Virus record (IMG/VR): IMGVR_UViG_3300033076_000096
Coordinates: 1 to 26,129 of that record
Direction: 5' to 3' (one strand)
From: a virus
Taxonomy: Duplodnaviria > Caudoviricetes
Length of the DNA: 26,129 nucleotides
Below are positions 1 to 7,281 of the stretch, one piece after another (the first letter of the stretch is position 1; each line of letters begins with the position of its first letter). The translations under genes were made by a program, and so were the position numbers. The notes under the pieces were generated by a model, which saw nothing but the letters and a program-made list of their open reading frames with translations, was not told the origin of the DNA and searched no databases.

Positions 1-525
1 GCCGATCAGATCAAGGTGAAGTGGCGCAAGGCGAACAAGAACATCACCCGCTTCTGGTACGACCTTGAGAACGCGGCCATCAACGCCGTCCGCCACACCG
101 GAACGGCATTCGTCGCAGGGCCGATCACATTCAAGTGTCACGGCGACTTCCTGTTCGCCAAGCTGCCCTCTGGCCGTCGCCTCGCCTACTACAAGCCGCG
201 CATCGACAGCGACGGCAAGCTGGAGTTCTGGGGTACGGACAGCCGCCTGGGCGGTCGCTGGGCGAAGCTAAACACCTACGGCGGCAAGCTGGCCGAGAAC
301 GTCACGCAGGCTGTCTCCCGCGATCTGCTGGCCGACGCCATGTTGCGCGTCGAGGCCAATGGCTATCGCGTTGTCATGCACGTCCACGACGAGATCGTGG
401 CGGAAGTGCCGGAAGGCTTCGGCTCCCTCGCTGATTTTGAACGCCTCATCTGCGAAGTGCCTGAGTGGGCCGATGGCCTGCCCATCGCAGTCGAGGGCTT
501 TGAGTGTGAAAGGTATCGGAAATGA
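1..525 (+). CDS. Phage DNA polymerase, family A (C-terminal part, truncated by window start)
   Basis: The frame is open from base 1 (ADQIKVKW...). It shows TYGGKLAENVTQAVSRDLL and motif C VMHVHDEIV, and is followed by VRR-NUC and SNF2 genes as in APSE-like replication modules. Confidence 0.93.
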   Translation, partial: ADQIKVKWRKANKNITRFWYDLENAAINAVRHTGTAFVAGPITFKCHGDFLFAKLPSGRRLAYYKPRIDSDGKLEFWGTDSRLGGRWAKLNTYGGKLAENVTQAVSRDLLADAMLRVEANGYRVVMHVHDEIVAEVPEGFGSLADFERLICEVPEWADGLPIAVEGFECERYRK

Positions 526-794
526 TGATCAGGGAACGCGACATCGAAGCCAAGGTGGCCAAGTGGGCCAGGGCGAACGGCTGGCTGACGTACAAGTTCG
601 TTTCGCCATCTCAGCGCGGCGTTCCTGATCGCGTGTTTATCAAAGACGGCGTGATCGTCTTCATCGAATTCAAGGCCCCTGGCAAGAAGCCCACGGCCTT
701 GCAGGCTCAGACCATTAAGAAGATGCGCGATCAGCGCGTGACGGTCTGGGTCATGGACAGTGCGGAGGACGCGATCAATGCTCTCTCGGAATGA
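522..794 (+). CDS. VRR-NUC domain nuclease (PD-(D/E)XK fold)
   Basis: ERDIE...GVPDRVF...FIEFK...Q pattern in a 90-aa ORF; ATGA overlap with the polymerase stop. Confidence 0.9.
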   Translation: MMIRERDIEAKVAKWARANGWLTYKFVSPSQRGVPDRVFIKDGVIVFIEFKAPGKKPTALQAQTIKKMRDQRVTVWVMDSAEDAINALSE

Positions 795-2133
795 CCTTCA
801 CCCCTATCAGCGCGAAGCGGTTCAGTTCATCAAGGATAAGCCCTCCTCCGCCCTCTGGCTCGACATGGGCCTTGGCAAGACCGTCTCGACGCTGACCGCG
901 ATCAGCGATCTGCTCGACGAAGGCAAGGCCAGCCGTGTACTGATCATCGCGCCACTGCGCGTGGCCCTCTCGACCTGGCCGAACGAGGTCAAGCGTTGGA
1001 GCCACCTTTCCGATCTTTACGTCCACCAGCTTGCAGGACTGTCTGCGCCAGCGCGGCAGAAGGCCATCGTGGCGCCCTACAAGATCAGCGTGATCAATCG
1101 CGAACTGGTGCCGTGGCTGGTGGAAGCCTATGGCCAGCGGTGGCCCTACGACACAGTCGTCATCGACGAGGCGTCAGCGTTCAAGTCCACACAGGCCAAG
1201 CGGTGGCGGGCGCTGCGCTCAGTGCTGCCGAAGATCAAGCGGATGATTGAACTCACCGCCACGCCTGCTGCAAACAACCTGATCGACCTCTGGCCGCAAA
1301 TCTATCTGCTGGACAAGGGCGAAAGGCTGGGCCGCACCAAAGGTGTATTTCTGGAACAGTTTTGCCGCCAAGTGGGCAATCCGCAGTGGAATCAGTGGGA
1401 GGTCAAGCCGGAACGCAAAGACACTCTTTTCAATCGCCTAGCTGATATTTGTATCAGGATGAAAGCGGACGATTACCTATTCGTTCCAGATCGTATCGAC
1501 AGTGTGATTTCGATCACGCTTGCGCCAAAAACGCTTACGCAATATCGCACCCTCCAGAAGGACTTTTTGGTCCAACTGGAACAGGGTGAGATCACCGCCG
1601 TCAACGCAGCCGTGCAGGCCAACAAGCTCCTGCAACTCTGCAATGGCGCAATGTATCTCGACGATGGGGGTTGGGAAGTCCTCCACGACGACAAGCTGGA
1701 TGCACTGGCTGAAATTGTTGAACAGACCGACGAGCCAATACTCGTCGCGTATCAGTTCAAGTCGGACTTGGCTCGACTGAAGGCAAGGTTCCCTCTTGCA
1801 GTGGCGCTCGACAGCGATCCCGCCACGATAGATCACTGGAACGCCGGAAAAATTCCTATGCTGCTGGCACACCCAGCCAGCGCGGGACACGGACTCAATT
1901 TGCAGAACGGAGGGCGGACGATTGTTTGGTTCGGTTTGCCTTGGAGCCTTGAGCTTTACGCACAATTCAACGGGCGCCTGCACCGGCAGGGGCAGGAAAA
2001 ACCTGTTCTTATCTACCATCTACTCGCGACCGGAACGGTGGACGACGCGGTTCACGCTACATTGAACAAAAAGGACGCAACCCAAAACGATCTATTGGAA
2101 GCTATCAAGAAGTTGCAGACCTATACGAGTTAA
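778..2133 (+). CDS. SNF2-related superfamily 2 helicase
   Basis: Motifs LHPYQ, DMGLGKT (Walker A), VIDEAS (Walker B), LTATP, HGLNLQ and QFNGRLHRQGQ. Start placed at ATG 778 rather than the ORF-track start at 760. Confidence 0.92.
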   Translation: MLSRNDLHPYQREAVQFIKDKPSSALWLDMGLGKTVSTLTAISDLLDEGKASRVLIIAPLRVALSTWPNEVKRWSHLSDLYVHQLAGLSAPARQKAIVAPYKISVINRELVPWLVEAYGQRWPYDTVVIDEASAFKSTQAKRWRALRSVLPKIKRMIELTATPAANNLIDLWPQIYLLDKGERLGRTKGVFLEQFCRQVGNPQWNQWEVKPERKDTLFNRLADICIRMKADDYLFVPDRIDSVISITLAPKTLTQYRTLQKDFLVQLEQGEITAVNAAVQANKLLQLCNGAMYLDDGGWEVLHDDKLDALAEIVEQTDEPILVAYQFKSDLARLKARFPLAVALDSDPATIDHWNAGKIPMLLAHPASAGHGLNLQNGGRTIVWFGLPWSLELYAQFNGRLHRQGQEKPVLIYHLLATGTVDDAVHATLNKKDATQNDLLEAIKKLQTYTS

Positions 2134-2141
2134 GCGATGAT
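2113..2141 (+). promoter_or_regulatory. Putative sigma70-type promoter for the HTH-xis pair
   Basis: TTGCAG (2113-2118), 17-bp spacer, GATGAT (2136-2141) in a locally AT-rich stretch, abutting a palindrome. Confidence 0.45.
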
Positions 2142-2157
2142 ACAACCACAAGTTGTA
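2141..2157. promoter_or_regulatory. Putative 17-bp repressor operator
   Basis: Perfect 6-5-6 inverted repeat TACAAC-CACAA-GTTGTA directly upstream of the HTH gene, over the predicted transcription start. Confidence 0.6.
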
Positions 2158-2187
2158 CTTATGACCGCTGCGGCGGTGGGGTTGTTC

Positions 2188-2838
2188 GTGGATTTTGCAA
2201 AGCGTTTGAAGCAAGCGTGTGATGAAAGCCCGCTGGTGCCAGAACATGGCAGAGGGCGCCAAGTGTATTTGGCCAAGAAGATGAACGTCACCCAAGAGGC
2301 GGTCAGGAAGTGGCTGGAGGGCGAAAGCCTTCCCCGCCCTGACAAGATCAAGGATTTGGCCAAGGTGGTGGGCGTGGACCCGCTGTGGCTCCAGCTTGGC
2401 ACCAGCCCCCTGGAGATAGCCGACAAGCGCCAGGCGGCGCTCAGAGGCGATGCGGCGGTCTACGGCGTGATGTCGTATCTGCTGCTGGCCGGATACCACG
2501 TTGCGATCCCTGCCGATAAGGACAGCAAGGTGGACATCTTCGCCATCAAGCACGGCACCCAGCTATCTATCGTGGCGCGGATGGCCCAGCCACTGGCCAA
2601 GGGAGAATGGACCGCCACGTTCCCATCCAGCCTTGAGGCGCGCTGGCAGGCAGTTTTCTCGACGGACGAGCCGTCGCTCCATTTCCAGATCGTGGACGTT
2701 CCACCGGAACTGGCTTTACGCCACGGCACCCGCACCGGCAGCGGTGTCGAGGTGCTGATCAAGCGAACGCCCAGAGGGCGCTACACGCTTGGCGGCGTTG
2801 AATTACGCCAGCTTCGGAACCCTAGCGAGGAAACGTGA
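2188..2838 (+). CDS. XRE/CI-type helix-turn-helix regulator with a non-peptidase C-terminal domain
   Basis: DFAKRLKQA...GRGRQVYLAKKMNVTQEAVRKWLEGESLP...LAKVVGVDPLWLQLG is a typical phage repressor HTH. Start uncertain: GTG 2188 has GGTGG 8 nt upstream; alternatives are ATG 2161 or 2137. Confidence 0.8.
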   Translation: MDFAKRLKQACDESPLVPEHGRGRQVYLAKKMNVTQEAVRKWLEGESLPRPDKIKDLAKVVGVDPLWLQLGTSPLEIADKRQAALRGDAAVYGVMSYLLLAGYHVAIPADKDSKVDIFAIKHGTQLSIVARMAQPLAKGEWTATFPSSLEARWQAVFSTDEPSLHFQIVDVPPELALRHGTRTGSGVEVLIKRTPRGRYTLGGVELRQLRNPSEET

Positions 2839-3044
2839 TGGAACGGCCTTGGATCGGACTGAAAGAGCTTGCCGACCTGTTCGGATTGACGCTGGGATCG
2901 ATCAGGAACGCGATTGCAGAGCAGCGTTTCCCTGTCCCCACCTACAAGCTTGGAAAGCGTGTGGTGGCCGACAAGCACGTCGTAGAGCAGTTCTTTGCTT
3001 CACGACGTGCTGACGGCCTCAAGCAGATCACGCGGCGCGGGTAA
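2838..3044 (+). CDS. xis: Excisionase / AlpA-like recombination directionality factor
   Basis: Small basic winged-HTH-like protein (WIGLKELADLFGLTLGSIRNAIAEQRFPVPTYKLGKRVV). GAGGA RBS at 2827-2831, TGATG coupling to the HTH gene, and position next to the integrase. Confidence 0.72.
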   Translation: MERPWIGLKELADLFGLTLGSIRNAIAEQRFPVPTYKLGKRVVADKHVVEQFFASRRADGLKQITRRG

Positions 3045-4089
3045 ACGGCACCACGTTGCCACCAGCCGCTACCTGTTCGTGGTAGCGGCGGATCGCCACC
3101 GGCCCCTGACGGATGTCCTTCGGGCGAAGGTGCGTGTACCGCTGGAGCATCTTCAGGTCTTTGTGGCCAGAGAACAGCTTCACCTCGGTGATCACGAAGC
3201 CCATCTCAAACAGGCGGCTGACCGCCTCATGGCGAAGGTCGTGCAGGCGGATGTCTTCGATCTGGGCCGTCTCGGCGTAGTCCGCGAAAGCGTGGGAAAT
3301 GGTGTTTGGCTCGTAGGGGAAGATGAATTCGCTCGTCTTCGGCTGGCGCTGGATGATCTCCCAAGCGGCGTCGAGCAGCGGCGCCACCTCGTCCCGCTTC
3401 TTCTTCGGGTCTTTGCGCTGGCGGATGAGGACCGTCCGGTCTTCCTCATGCAGATCGTCCCAGCGGATGCGGCACGTCTCGCTGATGCGGAACGCGCTGT
3501 GAAGCTGGAAGTAAAAGATGTCCCGGTACGGGAGCCGCGGGGCCGTCATCACGGCCAGAAGAGCCTCGACCTCGGCGTCGGAGACGCGGCGGTCCCGTTC
3601 TTCGGATTCGTCGATGATCCCGTGCTTGCGCAGGAAGGCCGACGCCTTCTCAAAGGCCTTGAGGTTGGGGTTGGCGTCCCAGAGCGTCTCGGCAGTCGTC
3701 AGGACCGTCCTGAAACCGATGACGTAGCCCAGGCGGGTGCTGGGAACCAAGTCCTTCATGTCGGACACCCAATTAACCAGAAAGTCGGTCGTAAGCTCGT
3801 CCAGGCGCTTTTCGCCGATCTGGGCCGAGATACGGTTCAGCAGAAGCTCCTTCTTGTGAGCCACCGGCTTGCCGATCTGGGCCATGCGGGCGATGTACTT
3901 ATCAACGGTGTCCGCCACGGTGGCCCTGTCGGGGGCGGCGGTGAGCATTCCCTCGCCGATCTCGTACTCGGTCTTGTCCGCCCATCGCTGGGCCAGCGCC
4001 TTCGTCTTGAAGGTCTTGGAGATGGGCTTCAAGCCCTTCTTGCGGATCAGGACGCGGTAGCTTTCCCCGCGCTTCTGGATAACGGCCAT
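3028..4089 (-). CDS. int: Tyrosine recombinase / phage integrase
   Basis: Catalytic set R (AFRISE), K (RKDPK), HxxR (HDLRHE), H (SGH) and Y (LQRY); N-terminal arm-binding-like domain MAVIQKRGESYRVLIRKKG; RBS AAGAGGTG (4095-4102, - strand). Confidence 0.95.
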   Translation of the reverse strand: MAVIQKRGESYRVLIRKKGLKPISKTFKTKALAQRWADKTEYEIGEGMLTAAPDRATVADTVDKYIARMAQIGKPVAHKKELLLNRISAQIGEKRLDELTTDFLVNWVSDMKDLVPSTRLGYVIGFRTVLTTAETLWDANPNLKAFEKASAFLRKHGIIDESEERDRRVSDAEVEALLAVMTAPRLPYRDIFYFQLHSAFRISETCRIRWDDLHEEDRTVLIRQRKDPKKKRDEVAPLLDAAWEIIQRQPKTSEFIFPYEPNTISHAFADYAETAQIEDIRLHDLRHEAVSRLFEMGFVITEVKLFSGHKDLKMLQRYTHLRPKDIRQGPVAIRRYHEQVAAGGNVVPFTRAA

Positions 4090-4142
4090 CGGTACACCTC
4101 TTGGTACAGTGCCAGCGTTCGCTGGCGTGTTGCACGATGATA

Positions 4143-4155
4143 AATCAATGACTTA
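4143..4155 (+). promoter_or_regulatory. IHF-binding consensus site
   Basis: AATCAATGACTTA is an exact match to WATCAANNNNTTR. Confidence 0.65.
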
Positions 4156-4166
4156 CCAATGTGGCT

Positions 4167-4194
4167 ACTGTACCAAGAAACCTGACGTTTACAA
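4167..4194 (-). promoter_or_regulatory. Putative int promoter
   Basis: On the - strand: TTGTAA, 16-bp spacer, TACAGT with an extended -10 TGn. It overlaps the inverted arm-type repeat. Confidence 0.4.
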
Positions 4195-4198
4195 CCCC

Positions 4199-4211
4199 CA
4201 ACGTGTTGATT
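4199..4211 (-). promoter_or_regulatory. IHF-binding consensus site
   Basis: Reverse complement AATCAACACGTTG is an exact match to WATCAANNNNTTR. Confidence 0.6.
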
Positions 4212-4269
4212 TGTTACGGAAAATGCGGTTCTTCAACACGCCCTTCATCATGTGATTTAAAGCGTTTAT

Positions 4270-4282
4270 TTTCAACGACTTA
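4270..4282 (+). promoter_or_regulatory. IHF-binding-like site (1 mismatch)
   Basis: TTTCAACGACTTA preceded by an AT-rich tract; shares TCAA.GACTTA with the 4143 site. Confidence 0.5.
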
Positions 4283-4309
4283 CGAAGGCCTTGGTACGAA
4301 TTTGGTACA

Positions 4310-5044
4310 CTAGGCCTTCTTCGGGCTTCCAAGGCCCCAACTGCCACACGCCTGGCAATGGTACCGCTGGCGGTAGCTCGTCTTCGTGCGGTACACGCCC
4401 CGTGCCTGAGTGCGAGTAGACCCGCAGGCGCCACAGTCGAGCGGCCTGGTCGTCCCCATGTGCGGGTGCTGATGGATGAACGCCCGGACGTGGTTGTAGA
4501 CCTTCTCGGTCAGCATCACGTCGCCAGCGCAGTACTTGGCCATGCGCTTCTGGGCGGCTTCGTCGCCCTCCATCACCTTCAGCCATAGGTCTAGGCCTTC
4601 GTGCTTAACCTTGCTGCCAATCCCCAGCAACTGCGCGACGTAGTCGAGCTTGTTGGAGATCAGCCCCAATTTCCGCACCGACCTGTAGATGTCGATCTGC
4701 GTGAGTTGCGGGGCTGGCGGAAGGCCGTGCAGCAGGAACTCGCCTTGTAACTTCGGGAGATCGAACGAGGCGCCGTTGTAGGTGGCCACGGCGTCGCACT
4801 CGGATAGCGCGTCGTGGACGATCTGGAGCATTTCCTTGTGGCCATGCTCCCAATCGCTATAGACCTGGGCCTTCTTGTCTTTCAGCCATTTCATGCCGAC
4901 GCAGATCACGCCGCCATCTTTGAGAATTTGCTTGTGGCCGATGTGTTGGTCGCGGATGCCAAATGTCGCTACGACGGCAGGCTTAGTTTCGATGTCCAAA
5001 AATAGAATTTTTGGATCATCGAGCTTCCGAACTGATGGGGTCAT
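4310..5044 (-). CDS. DEDDy (DnaQ/RNase H-like fold) 3'-5' exonuclease with a C-terminal zinc ribbon
   Basis: ExoI ILFLDIET, ExoII TYNGASFD, ExoIII YCAGD; C-terminal CGAC...CQAC. Confidence 0.85.
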   Translation of the reverse strand: MTPSVRKLDDPKILFLDIETKPAVVATFGIRDQHIGHKQILKDGGVICVGMKWLKDKKAQVYSDWEHGHKEMLQIVHDALSECDAVATYNGASFDLPKLQGEFLLHGLPPAPQLTQIDIYRSVRKLGLISNKLDYVAQLLGIGSKVKHEGLDLWLKVMEGDEAAQKRMAKYCAGDVMLTEKVYNHVRAFIHQHPHMGTTRPLDCGACGSTRTQARGVYRTKTSYRQRYHCQACGSWGLGSPKKA

Positions 5045-5061
5045 CCATATAGCTTTCGCTG

Positions 5062-7278
5062 TTATTGTTCAGTGAGTACGCCTTCACTCGTCTGCTGCGG
5101 CTGCTCCGCAGGAACTCCATCGGTCAGCGCGAACTGGCGCACAGACTGAAGGACACTGGCGAGACGCGGATTTGCCTTGCCGACGCGCTCCGCGTAATCG
5201 CCAATCATCTTGGCTACGTCCGGTGCGGTCTGATCCGCCAGAGCGCCAGCGCGGATGCTCTGTGTGCGGGCCGTGCCAATGGCGCCCAAGCCCTTTTCCG
5301 TCACTGTGATCGGAAGACCAACCGTCCAGTTCAGCAGCGCCGTGCGGAGGCCTTGCCCGCCGCGTTCAAACAGGCTGGTCAGACCCTGCACGATCTCGCC
5401 GCGGGTAGCCGTGGCCGAACCTGAGTTGCGGCCAGTGGTCGCCAGGTTAAGGACGTAGTGTAGATCGTCGATACGATCAGCCATGTCCGGCAGCGCCTCT
5501 TTCCACATCTTGCGGGTGGCTTCGTTGCGGAAAAGCGCAGCGTTGATCATGCGCGGTGTATTTTCGATACCGCTGTCGGTGCCGATGTCGCTGATCTCGT
5601 CGAGGCGGCGGCCCATGTCGGACTGCACCATGCGGCGATACGCCTGCGGATCGACCTTGTCGAGGTTCGCCTTGACGAATGAGCGTTCTTGGGCAGATGT
5701 CTGGCCGCTGAAAAGGCGACGGCTGAACTGCTGAAGGCCGAACTGGTCGAGGTTCGCCAAGGTGCCGACTGCGCTGTCCTGCAATTCCTTGACGGGAACG
5801 CTCAACTGGCGCCATGCGTCGTTCGCGGCTTTGTAGCCGGGGGCGTTGGTGTCGATGAACAGAACGATCTTGTCTTCAACGTCGGACAACTGATTGGCCA
5901 GGCCGTCCTTGCCCTCGCGCAGCGCAGCTTTGCGGGCGTCAGAGATGTCGATCTTAACGCTCTGAAGCTGACGCGGATTGAGCGCCCAATTGTCGTCGGC
6001 CTTGAGGATCGACTGAACCTTGGCGAGCTTGTCGCCGTAGGGCGTCCCTTTAACAGCGCCTTCCGCAAGTGTTTTGACTTCTTGGGCGAGTGTCGTCGTG
6101 TCGATCTGTGCGCCCGTATCAAGCGCAGCGTCGAACAGCGGCCCGCCCTTAGCAGAGCGAGTGGACTTAGCGCCCGTGATGGCGTTCTGCGCTGCTTGCT
6201 TCGCCTGCGTTTCCGCAAGAACGCCAGTGGGGGCAGCAACGTCCTCGACCAGACGTGTGGCCGCGTTGCTGACGCCTTCGTTCTGCGCTTTCAGCGCCGC
6301 CGTCATGCCAGCGCCCGTTTCGGGGAGGTTCTGCAAGACGCGGGTACGCTCAAGCTCGCTGGTCGTGCCAGCGATCTGACCACGAAGACCAGGGACGCCA
6401 GTGCGATCAAACAGCGCCGCGTTGTCGGAGATGATCTGGTCGATGTTGGCGGGTGCGCCAGCGGGGCGAGCAAGGTTTGTTGCCTTGAACGTGTAGCCAG
6501 CCGGAACGCCTTCAGTGGCACCCGCCAGCAGCATCGACGGAATGTCTGCGCCGGGGATGACATTGTTGGCGCGGGTTTCGTCGCCCGCCATGTTGCCGAG
6601 AATTTGGCGGACGGACTCGCCGCCCGTGGCGCCCAGCGCAGCGGCGCCGCCAACGCGCAGGCCCGTCGCACCAGCGCCTGTAACGGCGCGAGCCGCGAAC
6701 CCGCCTGGAACCGCAGTCAGGGCGAGGTTCGTCCCCAACGTCGAAACGTCTTGGCCAGTGATGCCAGGCTTGTTGACGTAGAACGACTTGCCCTTGTTCT
6801 CGCCAGCGCCAAACGTGACGATGCCGTTGCCGAACTTGTCGGTCGAAAATTCAGGCTTCTGATCGCCCAGCACGGTGGCGAGAATGCCCTGCTTGCCCTG
6901 ATCGTCAAACGCCAAGGACGAGGCGGTCTGGTACCCAACGCCCTTCAGGCCACCAATGTCCCCTACATTGAGTTCCGGCATATCGGGGAATTCAGTGCGG
7001 CTTTCGCCAGAGATGTAGCCCAGCGGGTCGCTGAAGAAGCCAGGGGCGTCCTGCTGCGGAGCGGAAGGCTCCGCCAGCATGGCTTTTTGAGCCTCCGCGA
7101 ACTGTTGCTCTGACAACCCTTGGCCGTTTGGTTCCCACTCAGCAGATTGCGTCTGAGGGTTCCACGCCCAGGAGCCGGTGCGCGGGTCTTTCTTGCCTGT
7201 CTGTTCGCCGTTGGGACCAGCACCAAGCATCTTGGCGCGGGCTTGGTTGAACTGTTCGAGGCTGATCTCTTGCGGCAT
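5062..7278 (-). CDS. Putative internal virion / DNA ejection protein
   Basis: 738 aa, Ala/Gly-rich and helical-looking, with hydrophobic Gly/Ala segments. It is the last large gene of the virion block, where podoviruses encode ejection proteins. Function is inferred from position. Confidence 0.6.
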   Translation of the reverse strand: MPQEISLEQFNQARAKMLGAGPNGEQTGKKDPRTGSWAWNPQTQSAEWEPNGQGLSEQQFAEAQKAMLAEPSAPQQDAPGFFSDPLGYISGESRTEFPDMPELNVGDIGGLKGVGYQTASSLAFDDQGKQGILATVLGDQKPEFSTDKFGNGIVTFGAGENKGKSFYVNKPGITGQDVSTLGTNLALTAVPGGFAARAVTGAGATGLRVGGAAALGATGGESVRQILGNMAGDETRANNVIPGADIPSMLLAGATEGVPAGYTFKATNLARPAGAPANIDQIISDNAALFDRTGVPGLRGQIAGTTSELERTRVLQNLPETGAGMTAALKAQNEGVSNAATRLVEDVAAPTGVLAETQAKQAAQNAITGAKSTRSAKGGPLFDAALDTGAQIDTTTLAQEVKTLAEGAVKGTPYGDKLAKVQSILKADDNWALNPRQLQSVKIDISDARKAALREGKDGLANQLSDVEDKIVLFIDTNAPGYKAANDAWRQLSVPVKELQDSAVGTLANLDQFGLQQFSRRLFSGQTSAQERSFVKANLDKVDPQAYRRMVQSDMGRRLDEISDIGTDSGIENTPRMINAALFRNEATRKMWKEALPDMADRIDDLHYVLNLATTGRNSGSATATRGEIVQGLTSLFERGGQGLRTALLNWTVGLPITVTEKGLGAIGTARTQSIRAGALADQTAPDVAKMIGDYAERVGKANPRLASVLQSVRQFALTDGVPAEQPQQTSEGVLTEQ

Positions 7279-7281
7279 GTG

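Larger units (their letters stand above)
4090..4309. other. Putative attP region
   Basis: The longest intergenic, AT-rich stretch in the window, next to int. (TT)GGTAC(A) repeats at both ends and three IHF-consensus-like sites. The crossover core was not identified; it is probably within about 4212-4269. Confidence 0.75.
4091..4309. repeat. Integrase arm-type repeats, consensus TTGGTACA
   Basis: GGTACA 4091-4096; TTGGTACA 4101-4108; inverted copy TGTACCAA 4169-4176; TTGGTAC 4291-4297; TTGGTACA 4302-4309. Segments 4099-4110 and 4167-4178 form a perfect 12-bp inverted repeat (TCTTGGTACAGT). Confidence 0.75.

Noticed and set aside
2995-4140. 381-aa + strand ORF spanning the whole integrase
   Set aside because: Antisense shadow of a GC-rich, codon-biased gene; no recognisable motifs or RBS, and similar shadows occur over many genes here.
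4229-4255. The - strand of the putative att core reads HMMKGVLKN, loosely like the APMEGVLD start motif of DusC-type tRNA-dihydrouridine synthases
   Set aside because: The conserved AP is absent and the match is too short. It is worth remembering only if a BLASTn of the core hits a dus gene.
4284-4319. GAAGGCCT / AGGCCTTC inverted repeat as a terminator for the late block
   Set aside because: The loop is 20 nt, there is no U-tract on the - strand, and the AGGCCT core is self-palindromic.
4189-4434. 81-aa - strand ORF crossing attP
   Set aside because: Overlaps the exonuclease in another frame, has no RBS, and the sequence is better explained by binding sites.
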